In this document: positions 22,905 through 35,787 of the stretch, in pieces
How the letters are laid out: each line of letters begins with the position of its first letter
How positions within the stretch are numbered: position 1 is the stretch's first letter
From: Mytilus californianus
Lineage: Eukaryota
NCBI RefSeq assembly: GCF_021869535.1
Contig: NW_026262582.1
Span: 53,568,001 to 53,632,000, forward strand
Length of the DNA: 64,000 bases
Reading direction: 5' to 3'
The notes under the pieces: model-generated
Told to the model about the DNA's origin: nothing
Databases searched by the model: none
Seen by the model: only the letters and a program-made list of their open reading frames with translations
Position numbers and translations under genes: made by a program

Positions 22905-23361
22905 CTAAAATATAAATAAGCTATGTCTTATGGTTAACCATTGAATTTGAATAACAATATGAGGATGTTATTTTTTTTTTCAGATTTTGAAATAATATAA
23001 TTTTTGTGTTTATGAAGACATGATCTTGTCATTTATTATATTTTATGTTTTTTTTTGTCATTTTAGGGACTTTTGTATTGATGGCAGATCTTCATTTATT
23101 CCTTACTCCTCTAAACTTAAAAGCTTAACATATTATATATAGACAATTGTCTTTTGCCCCCAAAGACCCTATGGTTTTTTGTGTCTTTGGGTTGCTATCT
23201 TATTGATTCAAACCCAACTCTTCCTTTTATTCATATAAAGCACTTATACAGCTTTTCTAATTTCAGCATATCTGATGTTCTACAAATGAAAATTCTATTC
23301 TTAAAACAAGAAAACAGTGAAACATATAAATGCAGCCTAACAATTTAATATAATTACAAAC

Positions 23362-23664
23362 CTAAAGGTCTCATTGGTCTTATTGATTTGTCCAAGTTGG
23401 TAGGACGACCTTGACCAATGTCATTTACAGCACTGATACGGAACATGTAATCAACACCTTCTTCTAGATCTTGTATTGTTTTCTGACTGACTTTGGATGG
23501 TACATCAGCTACTACTGCCCATTTTCCAGTTCTTCCATCCTTGGCCTCTATGATGTATTTCTTGACAGGGGAGCCACCGTCATCATTGGGCGCACTCCAA
23601 GTCAAAGTGACAGAGTCTGGAGTAACATTACTAGCCTTGATTTTGCCTGGACTGCCTGGTTTCA
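23362..23664 (-). CDS. Exon: Fn3-array domain 39 (D-like)
   Basis: 303 nt; VKPGSPGKI...PMRPL. Confidence 0.9.
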
Positions 23665-24140
23665 CTGAAAATAAAATATTATGTGTCATTTCATTTTGCA
23701 GGTTCAAATGTAAATAAATAAATGACTGTTAGGTGACCTTCAATCATTCATATGTTATAAAAAGGATTTTTTTTAGCCAAGTATTGATTCAAAGTCTCTT
23801 ATTAAAGATCATGATTAATGGAGGAAATTAATTTGACACAATTATAAACCTTAATCCAACTAAAAAGGTCAGAACATGTCTTCTCAGTGATTTTATCATT
23901 CATAGACATGTATTCATATTGAGAACCACAAAAATAGAATTGAAAGTAATTTGTACTCAATTTTTCACGATTTTTACTCATAAAATTTTTATGCCTAGAG
24001 TTGCAGATCTATTTGAGAAGAATGGCAACCATTAGAGTAGAGCTCCTTTGATATTTACCAGTATAATTTTTTTTAAGTTTATACAACAAAAACTTTAACC
24101 CATATCTATTTTTCTACAATCCAAGGGAGATTATCATTAC

Positions 24141-24446
24141 CTGGAGCTCTTCTTGGTGTTACAGGTTCTGTAGTCTCCAATGGCTGACTTCTTCCTTCAT
24201 CGTTTTCCGCTACAACTCTGAACATGTAATCATTGCCCTCATTCAACTTATCAAGGGTCAATGTATGTATTGTTGGACGTACTGTGTCCACTTGGTACCA
24301 ATTGTTTCTCTTCAAGTCACGTTGTTCTACCACATAACGTTTGATAGGTTTACCGCCGTCACTTTTTGGTTGTTTCCAACTGAGTTCAGCAGACCTGGCA
24401 GTGACATTAGATACTTTAAGTGGTCCTTCAGGCACATCTGGTGGAT
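24141..24446 (-). CDS. Exon: Fn3-array domain 38 (B)
   Basis: 306 nt; DPPDVPEGP...AENDEG...PRRAP. Confidence 0.9.
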
Positions 24447-24765
24447 CTGCAAGAAAAAAAATTGTAAAATGAACATCTTGCTTTTTCATGGCTTACTAAC
24501 ATTACTGTTCACATCCCTTATTAGAAATCTGGTTGATAATTGTCTCATTGGCCCCATCTTCCTATTTTTGTATTGGTTTATCCTGAAACAATGGGAAACC
24601 ACTTGCATTTTCAATCATAAACTGACCTTGGATCATTTTGACTTTTTCGGCTACAAAAACAGTTTACCCCTACTGCTTTCTTTATTTGAAGTAAATCTAA
24701 GAACTTGACGATTAATTGCTTTGTTTTGACATGATATTACCTTAGTGTTGAAAGTGATAACTTAC

Positions 24766-25071
24766 TGAATGGATTCTTTGGAATCACTGGTTCTTGTCCT
24801 TCCAATGGTTCAGATAAACCAGCTTTGTTCTCTGATTTCACACGGACAAAGTATTCTGTCTTCTCTATTAAGTGTGTCATGGTGTATCTAGTTGTAGTAG
24901 ATTTAATCTTTTCAAGGTAGCTCCAGGTGGTCTTGGTTTTCTCTCTCTTCTCCACAACATAGTGTGTGACAGGGGAACCACCATCATCTTCACTTGGTTT
25001 CCAAGATACTGTAACAGATGACCTTTGGATGTCCTTGAACTCTAATGGTCCAACAGGAGGTGAAGGTGGTT
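24766..25071 (-). CDS. Exon: Fn3-array domain 37 (A)
   Basis: 306 nt; EPPSPPVGP...PKNPF. Confidence 0.9.
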
Positions 25072-25364
25072 CTAAAAATAGTTTCATAAAATTTTTCATC
25101 ATTATGAACACTAAAAATTCCTGATATCAAATTTCAACATGATACAGGATGGAAAAATGGATGGACAGGCACACAGACTGGAAAATTTAATAGCTCCCGA
25201 TATAGTAGGCAGGGCATAAAAATGTGACTGAAAATTTCTACCATATCATCATACATACAACAGATCAACTCATTTATGCTAAAATTGGAATGCAAAACTT
25301 ATTATTATTTAGAAGATTTCTGTCATTTTACAGTAAAAAGTCATCTGATGATAAACAAACTTAC

Positions 25365-25670
25365 TGATTGGTTGTTTTGGTGAGTAAGTTTTGTCAGTCT
25401 CAGCCATATCACCTTTACCAACTTCATTTTCAGCAGCCACACCAATGTAATATTTATTCTTAGGTTCCAGCTTAAGAATGGTGAAGTAATTTTTGAATGT
25501 ATCAACAGTTGCTACATTTATCCATTTGTTGTCTGTAGATTCTGATTTGATGTAAATTTGATATTTCTTAACTCTGGATCCACCATCTTTACTAGGTGGT
25601 CGCCATTCAATGGTGATTTCATTTTCATCAATTTTGGTGACTTTGAGGTCTTTGGGTGGACCAGGACGAT
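25365..25670 (-). CDS. Exon: Fn3-array domain 36 (D)
   Basis: 306 nt; DRPGPPKDL...IGVAAENEVG...PKQPI. Confidence 0.9.
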
Positions 25671-25914
25671 CTATAAAACAGTTTTGACAGATCAATATTC
25701 TAATGTATCTGAAATCTTGTTTCTATTTACTTTTATAATAAATTTGCTTTAATAAAGACCGTTAAATGTTTTTCTTGTTTCATTAGAATATTGCACATAA
25801 TTGTCAAGAACTTGATTTAAGATTACTCATCAATATATGTATTATAAATAATAAATTTCAGTTAATTTTAATACACTAAAAGTTTCACATATTACAACAT
25901 GTAATGATTCTTAC

Positions 25915-26220
25915 CAAGTTTCTGTTTTGGAGTAACTGTGTCATCTCCATTTAATGGTGGACTTTCTCCCTCAGCATTGATTGCCTTGATTCTAAAGATA
26001 TATTCATTATCCACCACTAATTTTTTGGCAGTGAATTTGGTAGTTGTTGCATCTACAGTTCCATGCTTTCCCCACATTGAACGTCTGGATTCTCTGATCT
26101 CTATGGTGTAGTTAGTTATCGGAGTTCCTCCATCAGATTTTGAAGGTTTCCATGTCAATTCTACAGAATTTTCTGTTAGGTTGGAGAACTTCAAAGGTCC
26201 TTCAGGAGCTAATGGCTTAT
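25915..26220 (-). CDS. Exon: Fn3-array domain 35 (B)
   Basis: 306 nt; DKPLAPEGP...AINAEG...PKQKL. Confidence 0.9.
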
Positions 26221-26593
26221 CTGTTGTTTAAATTAGTTCATTGTTTAAGATTTTCAGGCATGCAAGATTTGGAGGGATTTCATGCCACACTTATCCTTCA
26301 TCGAAGACTGTAACTTGATATATATCAAATGCATATTTTCTGTGATTTTTTCTTGTTGTTGGGTTTGTTTTCATTCATATTTATAACTGATTTATGTATG
26401 CAAAGAAAAATTATTCAAACTGAATAAACCTTAAAAGCTAAAAAAAAGAAGTATTTTTTTAATTCATTGTTTATATATTGTGTTCCCATATTTATTTCAG
26501 TTAACAAAAGTAAATCCTAAAAAAACAAAATGAAGTGTTTATCATACAAAAGTCGTTATCTGAAAGTTGCTGTATATAAAATTTGCTTCTTAC

Positions 26594-26899
26594 CAAATGG
26601 ACTCTTCATCAAAATTGGTTTAGGCATTTCTAGAGCATCACTTTGTCCATGTTTGTTAATAGCAAACACTCGGAAGAAAAATTCTTTTCCTTCATCCAGA
26701 TTTTTCACAAGAAGTTTCAAAGTGCTGCCATCTGTTTTTTCAACTCTAGACCACATAGATCTCTGAACATCTCTCTTCTCAATAAGATATTCTGTGATTG
26801 GTGAACCACCATCTTCTTGTGGGGGTTGCCATGACAACTCCACAGAGTCACGTGACAATATTTTTCCAATCAAAGGATGTGTTGGTGGGCCAGGAGGAC
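26594..26899 (-). CDS. Exon: Fn3-array domain 34 (A)
   Basis: 306 nt; GPPGPPTHP...MKSPF. Confidence 0.9.
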
Positions 26900-27332
26900 C
26901 TGAAACAAATTTAAAACTTATGAGGTCTAAAAAGGAAAAAAAATATAAAAAGAATTTAACAAGAAAATAGCAGAATGGTCCTTCCCTAATGAAGTTGATC
27001 AAGACGGTCGTAACTAATTGCATGATAATTAAAAAAAAAATATTTTTATTGGTAAATATTTCAAAAGATAAAGGATTATTTCATCTTTTCTGCTTGATTA
27101 TGGAAATTTTTATGGAAACATGTTTGATATAAATGGAAATTTAGATCTGTTACAGAAACTTCATGATATATTAAAGATTTATCAAAAGTCATATATACTG
27201 AGAAAACTTTTGCAGTTCCTTGATTTGAAGAGGCAGGTAACAGGTTAAAGTTTTGTCAAGAAAAATCTTAAATATCTATGTCTGATCATAATTTATAACA
27301 TGAATACCAAAGAAAAAAAGAAAGCTACCAAC

Positions 27333-27632
27333 CTTTTGGTTTAGTTGGAGTTACTTCCCCTGATTCAAGTGGTTTACTATCTCCAACCTTGTTTATGGCT
27401 ATAACTCTGAATCTATAAGTTTGTTCAGCTGTCAAATTACTGACTTTTGTCTTAGTAGTTTGACCATCACATATAGTGACCTCTGTCCAGATCTTGCTGT
27501 CAATGGTCAGTTCAAGTCTGTATCCAGTGATTGGAGCTCCTCCATTGTTTCTTGGTGGTGACCACTCTAATGTGACACCAGTTTCAACAATGTGAGTGAA
27601 TTTGATTGGTCCAACTGGCATATCTGGCACAA
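27333..27632 (-). CDS. Exon: Fn3-array domain 33 (C)
   Basis: 300 nt; VPDMPVGPIKF...PTKPK. Confidence 0.88.
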
Positions 27633-28143
27633 CTGTTTCAAAAAAGAGCCAAATGATAACCATTTAATATATAATCATGCTAACAATTACAAGATGTGTA
27701 GGATGTCAACATTAAATCTAACAAAAATTCATAACTACATATCTTAAAATCTAAAAGAATTTCCATAATATTTAAAAGACTTTACAGATAACTCTATTCA
27801 TATACTAGTAACTATAAATCTGCCAATCTCACTACTTTCCAAGATGGTGTAACAGGCACATGCTCCGCTTTATATATCACTGTCACAGGTCTCTTATTTT
27901 GACCCCTTTATAGTGAGTATAATATTTTATACCCTGCTGGACTATACAGAAATATGTATTATAAAAACTCTGAGAAGCTGAAGGGTAATGAATACATATT
28001 CATTATTTACTGCCTTTATTATTCTTACTCTGATTTATACAATGCATTTTCACAGAATCATTTTTTCCCCTGCCAAATATTTAATTTCCATAAAATTTAA
28101 AAAGAATTGTATTTTATTCAAAATAATTAAACTGACAACTTAC

Positions 28144-28446
28144 TTGGTTGTTTTTTAAGTTGTATAACTTGTGAAAGTTCAACAGGTTTGCTGGAGCCCT
28201 CGTCATTTTCTGCTGACAATCTGAAATAGTAGTCCACACCCTCACGTAGTCCTTCAACAGTAAACTCTGTTGTTTGGGCCTTGATTTTTCTCTCTTTGAC
28301 CCATGGTCCAAATTTCTTTTCCTTCCTCTCAAGGAAGTAGATCTTGATTGGTAATCCACCATCTGATTCAGGTGCTTTCCATGTCAAAGTAACTGTTGTT
28401 GCTGTAGAATCTTTGACACTGAAATCTCTTGGTGCTGATGGTACAG
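28144..28446 (-). CDS. Exon: Fn3-array domain 32 (B)
   Basis: 303 nt; AVPSAPRDF...AENDEG...LKKQP. Confidence 0.9.
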
Positions 28447-28897
28447 CTAGAAATACAAAATGTCACAATTTATATTTATTTTTCAATGTTCTGCCAGTTG
28501 TTTATTTTCCACATATGATTTGTTCGAAAAATCTTATATTTAATTCTTGACTTTAGAATTGTTATCTAAAAGTTTGTAAGAAGGTATTATCTAATTTTCT
28601 CTGTTCACACAAACTTTGGAAACTTAAAATTACAAAATTAAAGCAACAACCACTCCCAATTCCATGCCACTCACTGTCTATTATGTAAATGGAAAATCAA
28701 ATGATACAGTAAATTCATTTTACGGTTTACAGGTAAAAATGGGAGATTAATGCAATTGCAAAAATTTTGTGAAGGATATTCGCAACTGAAATTATAAATA
28801 AAAGTTTTTATTATTGCAAACCTGATACTGTAGCTTTTTTGCATTAAAAAAAATATTGCAATAATTTCTGAATTTACAGTATATGAATGAAATTAGA

Positions 28898-29172
28898 GTG
28901 TATGTGTTTCAGTATCAAGAGAACAGGTGTATGTGTTTCAGTATCAAGAGAACAGGTGTATGTGTTTCAGTATCAAGAGAACAGGTGTATGTGTTTCAGT
29001 ATCAAGAGAACAGGTGTATGTGTTTCAGTATCGAGAGAACAGGTGTATGTGTTTCAGTATCAAGAGAACAGGTGTATGTGTTTCAGTATCAAGAGTACAG
29101 GTGTATGTGTTTCAGTATCAAGAGAACAGGTGTATTTGTTTCAGTGTTTCATTATCAAGAGAACAGGTGTAT
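28898..29172. repeat. 29-bp minisatellite x~9
   Basis: GTGTATGTGTTTCAGTATCAAGAGAACAG repeated; explains the spurious plus-strand ORFs at 28883-29226. Confidence 0.95.
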
Positions 29173-29259
29173 GATAAAAATTATTACGAACCAATTAATC
29201 AAAGATTTAAAATAAGACCCAGATAAAATAAGGAGGAAATACAAAAAAACTCCACTTAC

Positions 29260-29565
29260 AGTATGGACTCTTGGCAGTGAAGGAGGTCTCAGCATCTAAA
29301 GGTTTAGATGGTCCAACTTCATTGACGGCCTTGACCTGTACAAAGTAATCCTGTCCCTCTTTAAGTCCAGTCAATTCAAAGTTTGTTACATTAGGTTTAG
29401 TTTTTCCTGCCTCAGTGTAGGTGGATTTTAATCCCTCACGTTTTTCTATGATGTAGCCAGTAATCGGGGAGCCACCATCTTTCTCACTGGGTTGCCATGA
29501 TAACTTGGCTTTTGTTTTGTCAATGTCTGATATTTCTAGTGGACCAACTGGTAGTGATGGTGCCT
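29260..29565 (-). CDS. Exon: Fn3-array domain 31 (A)
   Basis: 306 nt; EAPSLPVGP...AKSPY. Confidence 0.9.
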
Positions 29566-29900
29566 CTGTAATGTTCACAATATCATCATGTAATGACATG
29601 CTATAATTCCTTACAAAAAACTTATGTCAAAATTCAATTCAATTTTTTGCTCGAAATTTGACTGACTATAAAATGTTTAAGGTCTAAGATTCAAGTCATG
29701 TTTTTATACTTAAATGTCATGTACAATTTCAATAAGAATTATTGTGTTAATATAATGAACTTTAATTGGTTTTGATTACTGTTTGTGATTTCTATATTTA
29801 ATCACTTTTTTTCTTGTTACTGAATAGATAAAATTTGAAAATGATGATGTTGTTTTGACAATATATCCCTTATCTATTTCTCTCAGCCATTTGAGCTTAC

Positions 29901-30203
29901 CTAATGGTTTCTGTATTTTGACAGAAGTGTCAGTATCACATCTCTCACTCACTCCTACGTCATTCTCAGCTGTGACACCAAAAACATAGGTCACTTCATA
30001 TTCAAGGTCAGTGATTACATGGTTGGTCTTGTACTGTTCAAGTTTTGTGACCTTGACCCACTCTTCAGTCATCTCTACTCTCTTCCAGACTTGGTAACGA
30101 CGGATCTTAGAGCCGCCATCACTAACAGGAGGAGACCACTCAAGGTGGGCAGTATTCTTGCTGACTTTTGTGACCTTGACATTTTGTGGTGGTGAGGGTG
30201 GAC
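29901..30203 (-). CDS. Exon: Fn3-array domain 30 (D)
   Basis: 303 nt; GPPSPPQNVKV...FGVTAENDVG...IQKPL. Confidence 0.9.
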
Positions 30204-30535
30204 CTGTATACATAAAGTGTGCATTATTACCAACACTTATGTCTTGCCTTTTTTGAACAAATAATGTCAGAAAGAAAGCACAAGCAAAATATGTGAATTT
30301 ATCGAGAAAAAAAACTTAGTTCTTATTGAATTATCCTGTAGATAATAGTAAAATAACAAATAAATATCAAATAGAAAAACACTATTTCTAGATTTTGAAG
30401 AATGAACTCATGTAGATAGTGTAATGTTCATATGCAAAAACTACCAATATATTTTATAAATTACCAATAATTTTGATAAATAACTCAACAAAGATTCAGT
30501 ACAAATGTAATAATTTCAATCATAAAAAGACTTAC

Positions 30536-30841
30536 TGAGTTTCTTTGTAGGTTTAGCAGTTTTATCTGAGGTCAATGGTGGACTTTGACCTTCTGCATTT
30601 ACAGCAGACACTTGGAACATATATTCATTGTTTAGCAGAAGTTTTCCAACAGTATACGTTGTGACCTCTGGTTTGACTTCACCAGCCTTTGTCCAGTGTG
30701 CTCTACGAGTGTCTCTGACCTCTATGATGTATTTTGTTAGAGGGGATCCACCATCACTCTTTGGTGGTTTCCATGACAATGATGCAGAATCCAGAGTGAC
30801 ATTGGAGATTTCAAGTGGTCCCACAGGTGCTGATGGTTTTT
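30536..30841 (-). CDS. Exon: Fn3-array domain 29 (B)
   Basis: 306 nt; EKPSAPVGP...AVNAEG...PTKKL. Confidence 0.9.
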
Positions 30842-31142
30842 CTAAAATTTATGATAAATGTTTCAATAGTAACCAAATCTATTAGATTCTTATGCAGAGG
30901 TGTTTTTTCCTATTGTTTACAAAATGTATTCATAATTTCATATATTGTGTATAAATAATATACTTTCTTCTGTTTTTAGAAAAAAATATTCATTTTTTAC
31001 ACAATGTTAATGTAAAAAAGTGTACTGAGAATGTGTGTTTTAGCATGTCAGATTCTTGATTTAAGTTATGTGTATAACTTGTTGTTTTATATGCATCAAT
31101 CTACCTATCTACTTTTCTACTGGCCAACAAATAAAATCTTAC

Positions 31143-31448
31143 CATAAGGACTCTTGATTGTGATTGGTTGGTCCATTTCCAATGGTTCACTGATACCCAC
31201 TTTGTTCTCAGCAAACACTCTGAAGAAATAGTCCACATTTTCTGACAATTTCTGAAGACAGTAACTTGTAATGTTTGGTTCAATTGTAGTAACTTTCTTC
31301 CAAGTGGCACGTTTGGCCTCTCTCATCTCAATGATGTAATGTTTCAGAGGAGAACCGCCATCAGTTTCTGGTGCTTGCCATTCAATGGTGGCTGAGTCTC
31401 GCTTGATATCAAGTACTTTGATAGGTCCAACTGGTTTAGATGGTTTAC
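31143..31448 (-). CDS. Exon: Fn3-array domain 28 (A)
   Basis: 306 nt; GKPSKPVGP...IKSPY. Confidence 0.9.
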
Positions 31449-31559
31449 CTATAATTTATATAAAATGAAATAATGAAACATTACATTTTTGTATAGGGCT
31501 GCACTTTGTTTTGTTCACACATTGTTGTCAATATAATGGTATTTTATGTGACTGTCATA

Positions 31560-31690
31560 CAACAGAGAGGTTTAGCTATCTTTAAAACCAGGTTTAATCC
31601 ACCATTTTCTACATAATAAAATGCCTGTACCAAGTCAGGAATATGACAGTTGTTTTCCATGCGTTTGATGTGTTTGAGCTTTTGATTTTT
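31560..31690. mobile_element. Related SINE-like repeat fragment
   Basis: AAAACCAGGTTTAATCCACC...CCTGTACCAAGTCAGGAATATGACAGTTGT shares its core with the 46590 copy. Confidence 0.55.
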
Positions 31691-31993
31691 CCGTGGAGTT
31701 CAGTATTTTTGTTGTTTTACTTTTTTAAGATTAACTATGTCAATGTCATTATTTCAGGTTAAAAAATTCTTTATGTTAATGTTGACCACCATTCAAAAAT
31801 GAAAACAATGTGATTCAACCAAAAAGGAGCATCATGAATATCATAAACAGTTGGTACATGTAACAAAATTATAAGGTTATCAACAGAAATGTTTGAAAAT
31901 ATTGTCTCACTGCCGTTTAGTATAAGAGAGCAAATTGTTAATTATAGACAATAAGGATAATTTATATCTAATAAAATGATTTGAAGCACCAAC

Positions 31994-32293
31994 CTGCTTG
32001 TTTCTTTGGAGTTACAGATTCAGATTCCAGAGGTTTACTCTCTCCAACTTTGTTGACAGCAATGATACGGAACACATAACTGTGTCCTTCCTCAAGTTTT
32101 GTGGCTGTGTATTCTTTGACATGTTTATCCACTTTGGTAACTTCTGACCAATCAGAGTCATCCATAGATAACAAGATTCTGTAAGCTGTAACAGGACTGC
32201 CTCCATCTTCTCTTGGTGGTGACCAATTGAATGTAGCAGAATCAGCTGTTACCACGGTGAAGTGGACTGGTCCTACCGGTGCAGAGGGTGGAC
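31994..32293 (-). CDS. Exon: Fn3-array domain 27 (C)
   Basis: 300 nt; GPPSAPVGPVHF...PKKQA. Confidence 0.9.
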
Positions 32294-32608
32294 CTAAATG
32301 CACATTTCAAATGGTTACAATAATCCATATAAATATATTGTTTCTTTTTTGATTTGAGCTCATATTTATTGACTTAAAACTAATTAATTTGATAATCTTC
32401 AAACAATTACACTTTCATTATATGCATTCCTTGTAAATGATCTTAAATTTTTTAGCTTCAATGTATTGTATAAAACAATATAACAAATCTCCATGGTGAG
32501 CGTTAATAAAAATAAATTAAGTAAATATTAAAATCAACTTTGTTAACAATTGAATGCTTTAAAAAGAAAATATCACACAAAAGTTAAAAGCAAACAAAAG
32601 CCAAACAC

Positions 32609-32914
32609 CTGCATCATGGCAAATCAAAACAGCTTCAGCTGATTGTAACGGTTCACTCAAACCCTTCTTGTTTTCAGCAAACACTCGGAAATAATACTCA
32701 TTTCCTTCAGCCAGCTTTTGTACACAGTAGGTCCTAATTTTAGGCTTTATTTGATCTACTTTAACCCAGGATGTCTTTTTGACATCTCGTCTTTCTATGA
32801 TGTAAGCAGTTAGTTCAAGACCTCCATTACTCTTAGGTGGTCGCCATGAGATCACAACGCTCTTATGTGTGACATCACTGATAACAAGTGGTCCTTCAGG
32901 AGCAGATGGCACAG
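32609..32914 (-). CDS. Exon: Fn3-array domain 26
   Basis: 306 nt; AVPSAPEGP...AENKKG...LICHDA. Confidence 0.88.
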
Positions 32915-33637
32915 CTAAATGGCAAGCAGCAAAAATAGCAACAATGTTAGCAGAATTAAACAACACACTCAAAATATAGCAACAAGAATGATACATTCAA
33001 ATGTTTTATAAAAACTAACATACAGATTTAAGGATTGAAATTTAACTATTTTTCACCAAATTTAAAATTCTTTAATAAAGAATTGGAATTAAAAGGAAAT
33101 AAAAATATAAAACCCACAAACTGAAATATCTTTTATGCTTGTGCTAATAGTTTTGGTATAATCAACAGTCAAAATTAATTTTTTTTCAATTGCCTGAAAT
33201 TTTAAGGCAATCAAATGTAAAGAATCCCATTTTAGCAGAGAAACATACCATAATTTCAGATAAGATATGTTAGTTTTTATTGCATTATGTCATTTAAATG
33301 AACTTTTATAGAAGAAAACTTTTGTACTGCTGGTATCAAACAAATCAATCATTACATAATCAAACTGAAGATTTCTTGTTTAATACTACATCAAACTCAC
33401 ACAGTTCAGTAAAAAGGTTACAGTATAAAACACACTTCAACAAATAAACATTAGCTAGTTACTACAACAGTTTGTCAAATCAACTTCTCTTTTCTATGTA
33501 ATTCTTGTAGCTGATAGGCTTATTTTTGTTGCCATTACCGCTAGCACAATTTTTTTATTATTCATTATTCATTTCACCATTAACACAATCTCTTCACACA
33601 GCAAGGCATCACATAACTCAACAGAACAATATCTTAC

Positions 33638-33943
33638 CTTCTGGGGTCTTTGGTGTAATGGCTTTTGGTGTTTCAAGGTAGTCAGATTTTCCGACAACAT
33701 TTTCAGCACAGACCCTAAAGTAATATTCCTGTTTTTCCTTCAATTTATCCACAGTAAAGGTACAAGTGTCATCTTCACATTTTCCTACTGGGATCCATTT
33801 TGCTCTTCTACCATCACGGCTCTCTATGTTATAGGCAGTGATTGGTGATCCACCATCTTTGGGGCTTGGTTTCCATGACAATGTTACTTTGTCCTTTGAA
33901 ATGTCACTAGCCTCTAGTGGGCCTTTCGGTGCTGCTGGTTTTT
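33638..33943 (-). CDS. Exon: Fn3-array domain 25 (A)
   Basis: 306 nt; KPAAPKGPLEA...PKTPE. Confidence 0.9.
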
Positions 33944-34757
33944 CTACAAAATAAAAAGCAGTTTACAGAAACAGTTTAATAGCTGGAAGTTGTTAATTTA
34001 AGCAAAATATAGATTAAAGAAAAGCATCATATATAAGTTCTATCAGATATTATCGCAATCAGTTATATAACACTTAAATCAAAGGTGGTACGGTATTTTC
34101 AAACTCGCAATACAAGATCTTGTTGTCATAGCTTCAACAGAGAAATGACCTCTTTGCATTTCTATTAAATAATTAAAAGACATATATGATGAAAACCATC
34201 ACTGGGCATGTACTGATGTATTTCTCATTAAAAGCTGTGCTGATCATATAGAAAAAAATGCAGATAAATCTGGACCAATGAATAGCATGACATTTTGAAT
34301 TTATAGCTAGGAATATTTGACAATGAATGTACATATACAAATGATTCATTAGTGACTGAACCAACTTTATATAAATATAGCAATACATGAGATAAATTGT
34401 ATCTAATTAACATTTTTAAAAATGAAATCTATGCATATTGACAGGTAAGTATATACTCTATATTGAGGTATTTTTTTATTAGCACACAACCTTATTCAAA
34501 CCGTCTGAAAAAGCTAGAAATTAATAAAAGAATGTATAGGCAAGATCTACTGAAATAAGATTACTGTTACTTCATATTCTATTCTTCTGTTAGAGAAACT
34601 ATTTGCATATATATTCATCACTAAAACAAAGAAGAGATTCCCAATAAAAACATAAATGTTCTAAATGCATTTACTTGACAGATAACATGTCAAAGGATTT
34701 ATGATTTTAAGAACCATTATTTTTTGGGCATGACAAACATTTCATTCAAGACAGCGT

Positions 34758-34813
34758 AGTTCTATCTAATTATCTACAGATAGGAGTTCTATCTAATTAT
34801 CTACAGATAGGAG
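34758..34813. repeat. 27-bp tandem duplication
   Basis: AGTTCTATCTAATTATCTACAGATAGG x2. Confidence 0.85.
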
Positions 34814-34997
34814 CATCAAACAATTTTCAACATATTTAATTTTAATACTTGCTGCAGCTTTAAGACTAGCTTGTATATATTTTTTTCTTTAAAGCTACAT
34901 TTCTATAAATATTTTATGCTTTAAAGCAACAGATCTAAAAAATAATCTATTCCTTAAAGCTATAATCTATCTAAACTTAATCTATACTAGTTCATAC

Positions 34998-35021
34998 CTT
35001 TATCTGGAACTTGAGTTTCTT
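34998..35021 (-). CDS. Candidate 24-nt symmetric micro-exon (ETQVPDK linker)
   Basis: TATTTTTAG|AAGAAACTCAAGTTCCAGATAAAG|GTATGA; phase 1-1, no stop, in frame between domains 24 and 25. Confidence 0.55.
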
Positions 35022-35272
35022 CTAAAAATATTGAATAATCTTTAAATTCTAGTACAACAATAGATACGGAGTGCTCCAGAGATTTTGTACCTCAACCAAC
35101 AGGTTCTCTCTTCCTATTTAGGTTTTTGACATGGTGAAATAGTATTTTACTAGTATAGGTTTTTTTTTTAATAAATCCAAATTTCACAAAGAATTTAAAC
35201 ATAAATTATCTGTATTGTGATGAATCACAGAGAAAAGATTTGAAATTAATTTTCAGAATCTGAAAACAAATT

Positions 35273-35357
35273 CCCATTGGTGGCCTTCGGCTGTTGTCTG
35301 CTGTTTGGTCGGGTTGTTGTCTCTTTGACATATTCCCCATTTCCATTCTCAATTTTA
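35273..35357. mobile_element. SINE-like interspersed repeat fragment (inverted relative to the 10724 copy)
   Basis: CCCATTGGTGGCCTT...GACATATTCCCCATTTCCATTCTCAATTTTA. Confidence 0.8.
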
Positions 35358-35417
35358 TCATAGTAAAAAAACAAAAAATTATATATTGCTTAAATATCAA
35401 TTTAAAAAAAAACCTAC

Positions 35418-35720
35418 GTTTTGGTTTAGATGGTCTAATGGATTCATCTGTTTCAACTTGTTTTCCAATTCCTGCCTCATTTTCAGCTGCCACAGCAAAG
35501 TAGTAATCTACACCTTCCTCAAGATTTTTAACAGTGTAGTGCTCTTCATAATTTTTTACTTTAGCCACATCTGTCCAGTTCTCTGGTTGACCTTTGGCCA
35601 GTCTGATGTGATAGTTGGTAATCTTGGAGTTTCCATCTGATTTAGGTTTACCCCATTCTAGGTCGGCAAAATTAACTCCAGATTTTTTTATTTTCAAGGC
35701 AGTTGGTGCTCCTGGTTTGC
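35418..35720 (-). CDS. Exon: Fn3-array domain 24 (D)
   Basis: 303 nt; KPGAPTALKIKK...FAVAAENEAG...PSKPK. Confidence 0.9.
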
Positions 35721-35787
35721 CTAAAATAATATATGTAAAAATTAGTCAAAAATGTTGGTAAAATGTTTGAATGTAACCTTTTGACAT

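Noticed and set aside
28883-29226. Three overlapping repetitive plus-strand ORFs
   Set aside because: They are translations of the 29-bp minisatellite.
35089-35112. 23-nt AG..GT candidate micro-exon
   Set aside because: It is not phase-symmetric, so it would shift the frame or introduce a stop.
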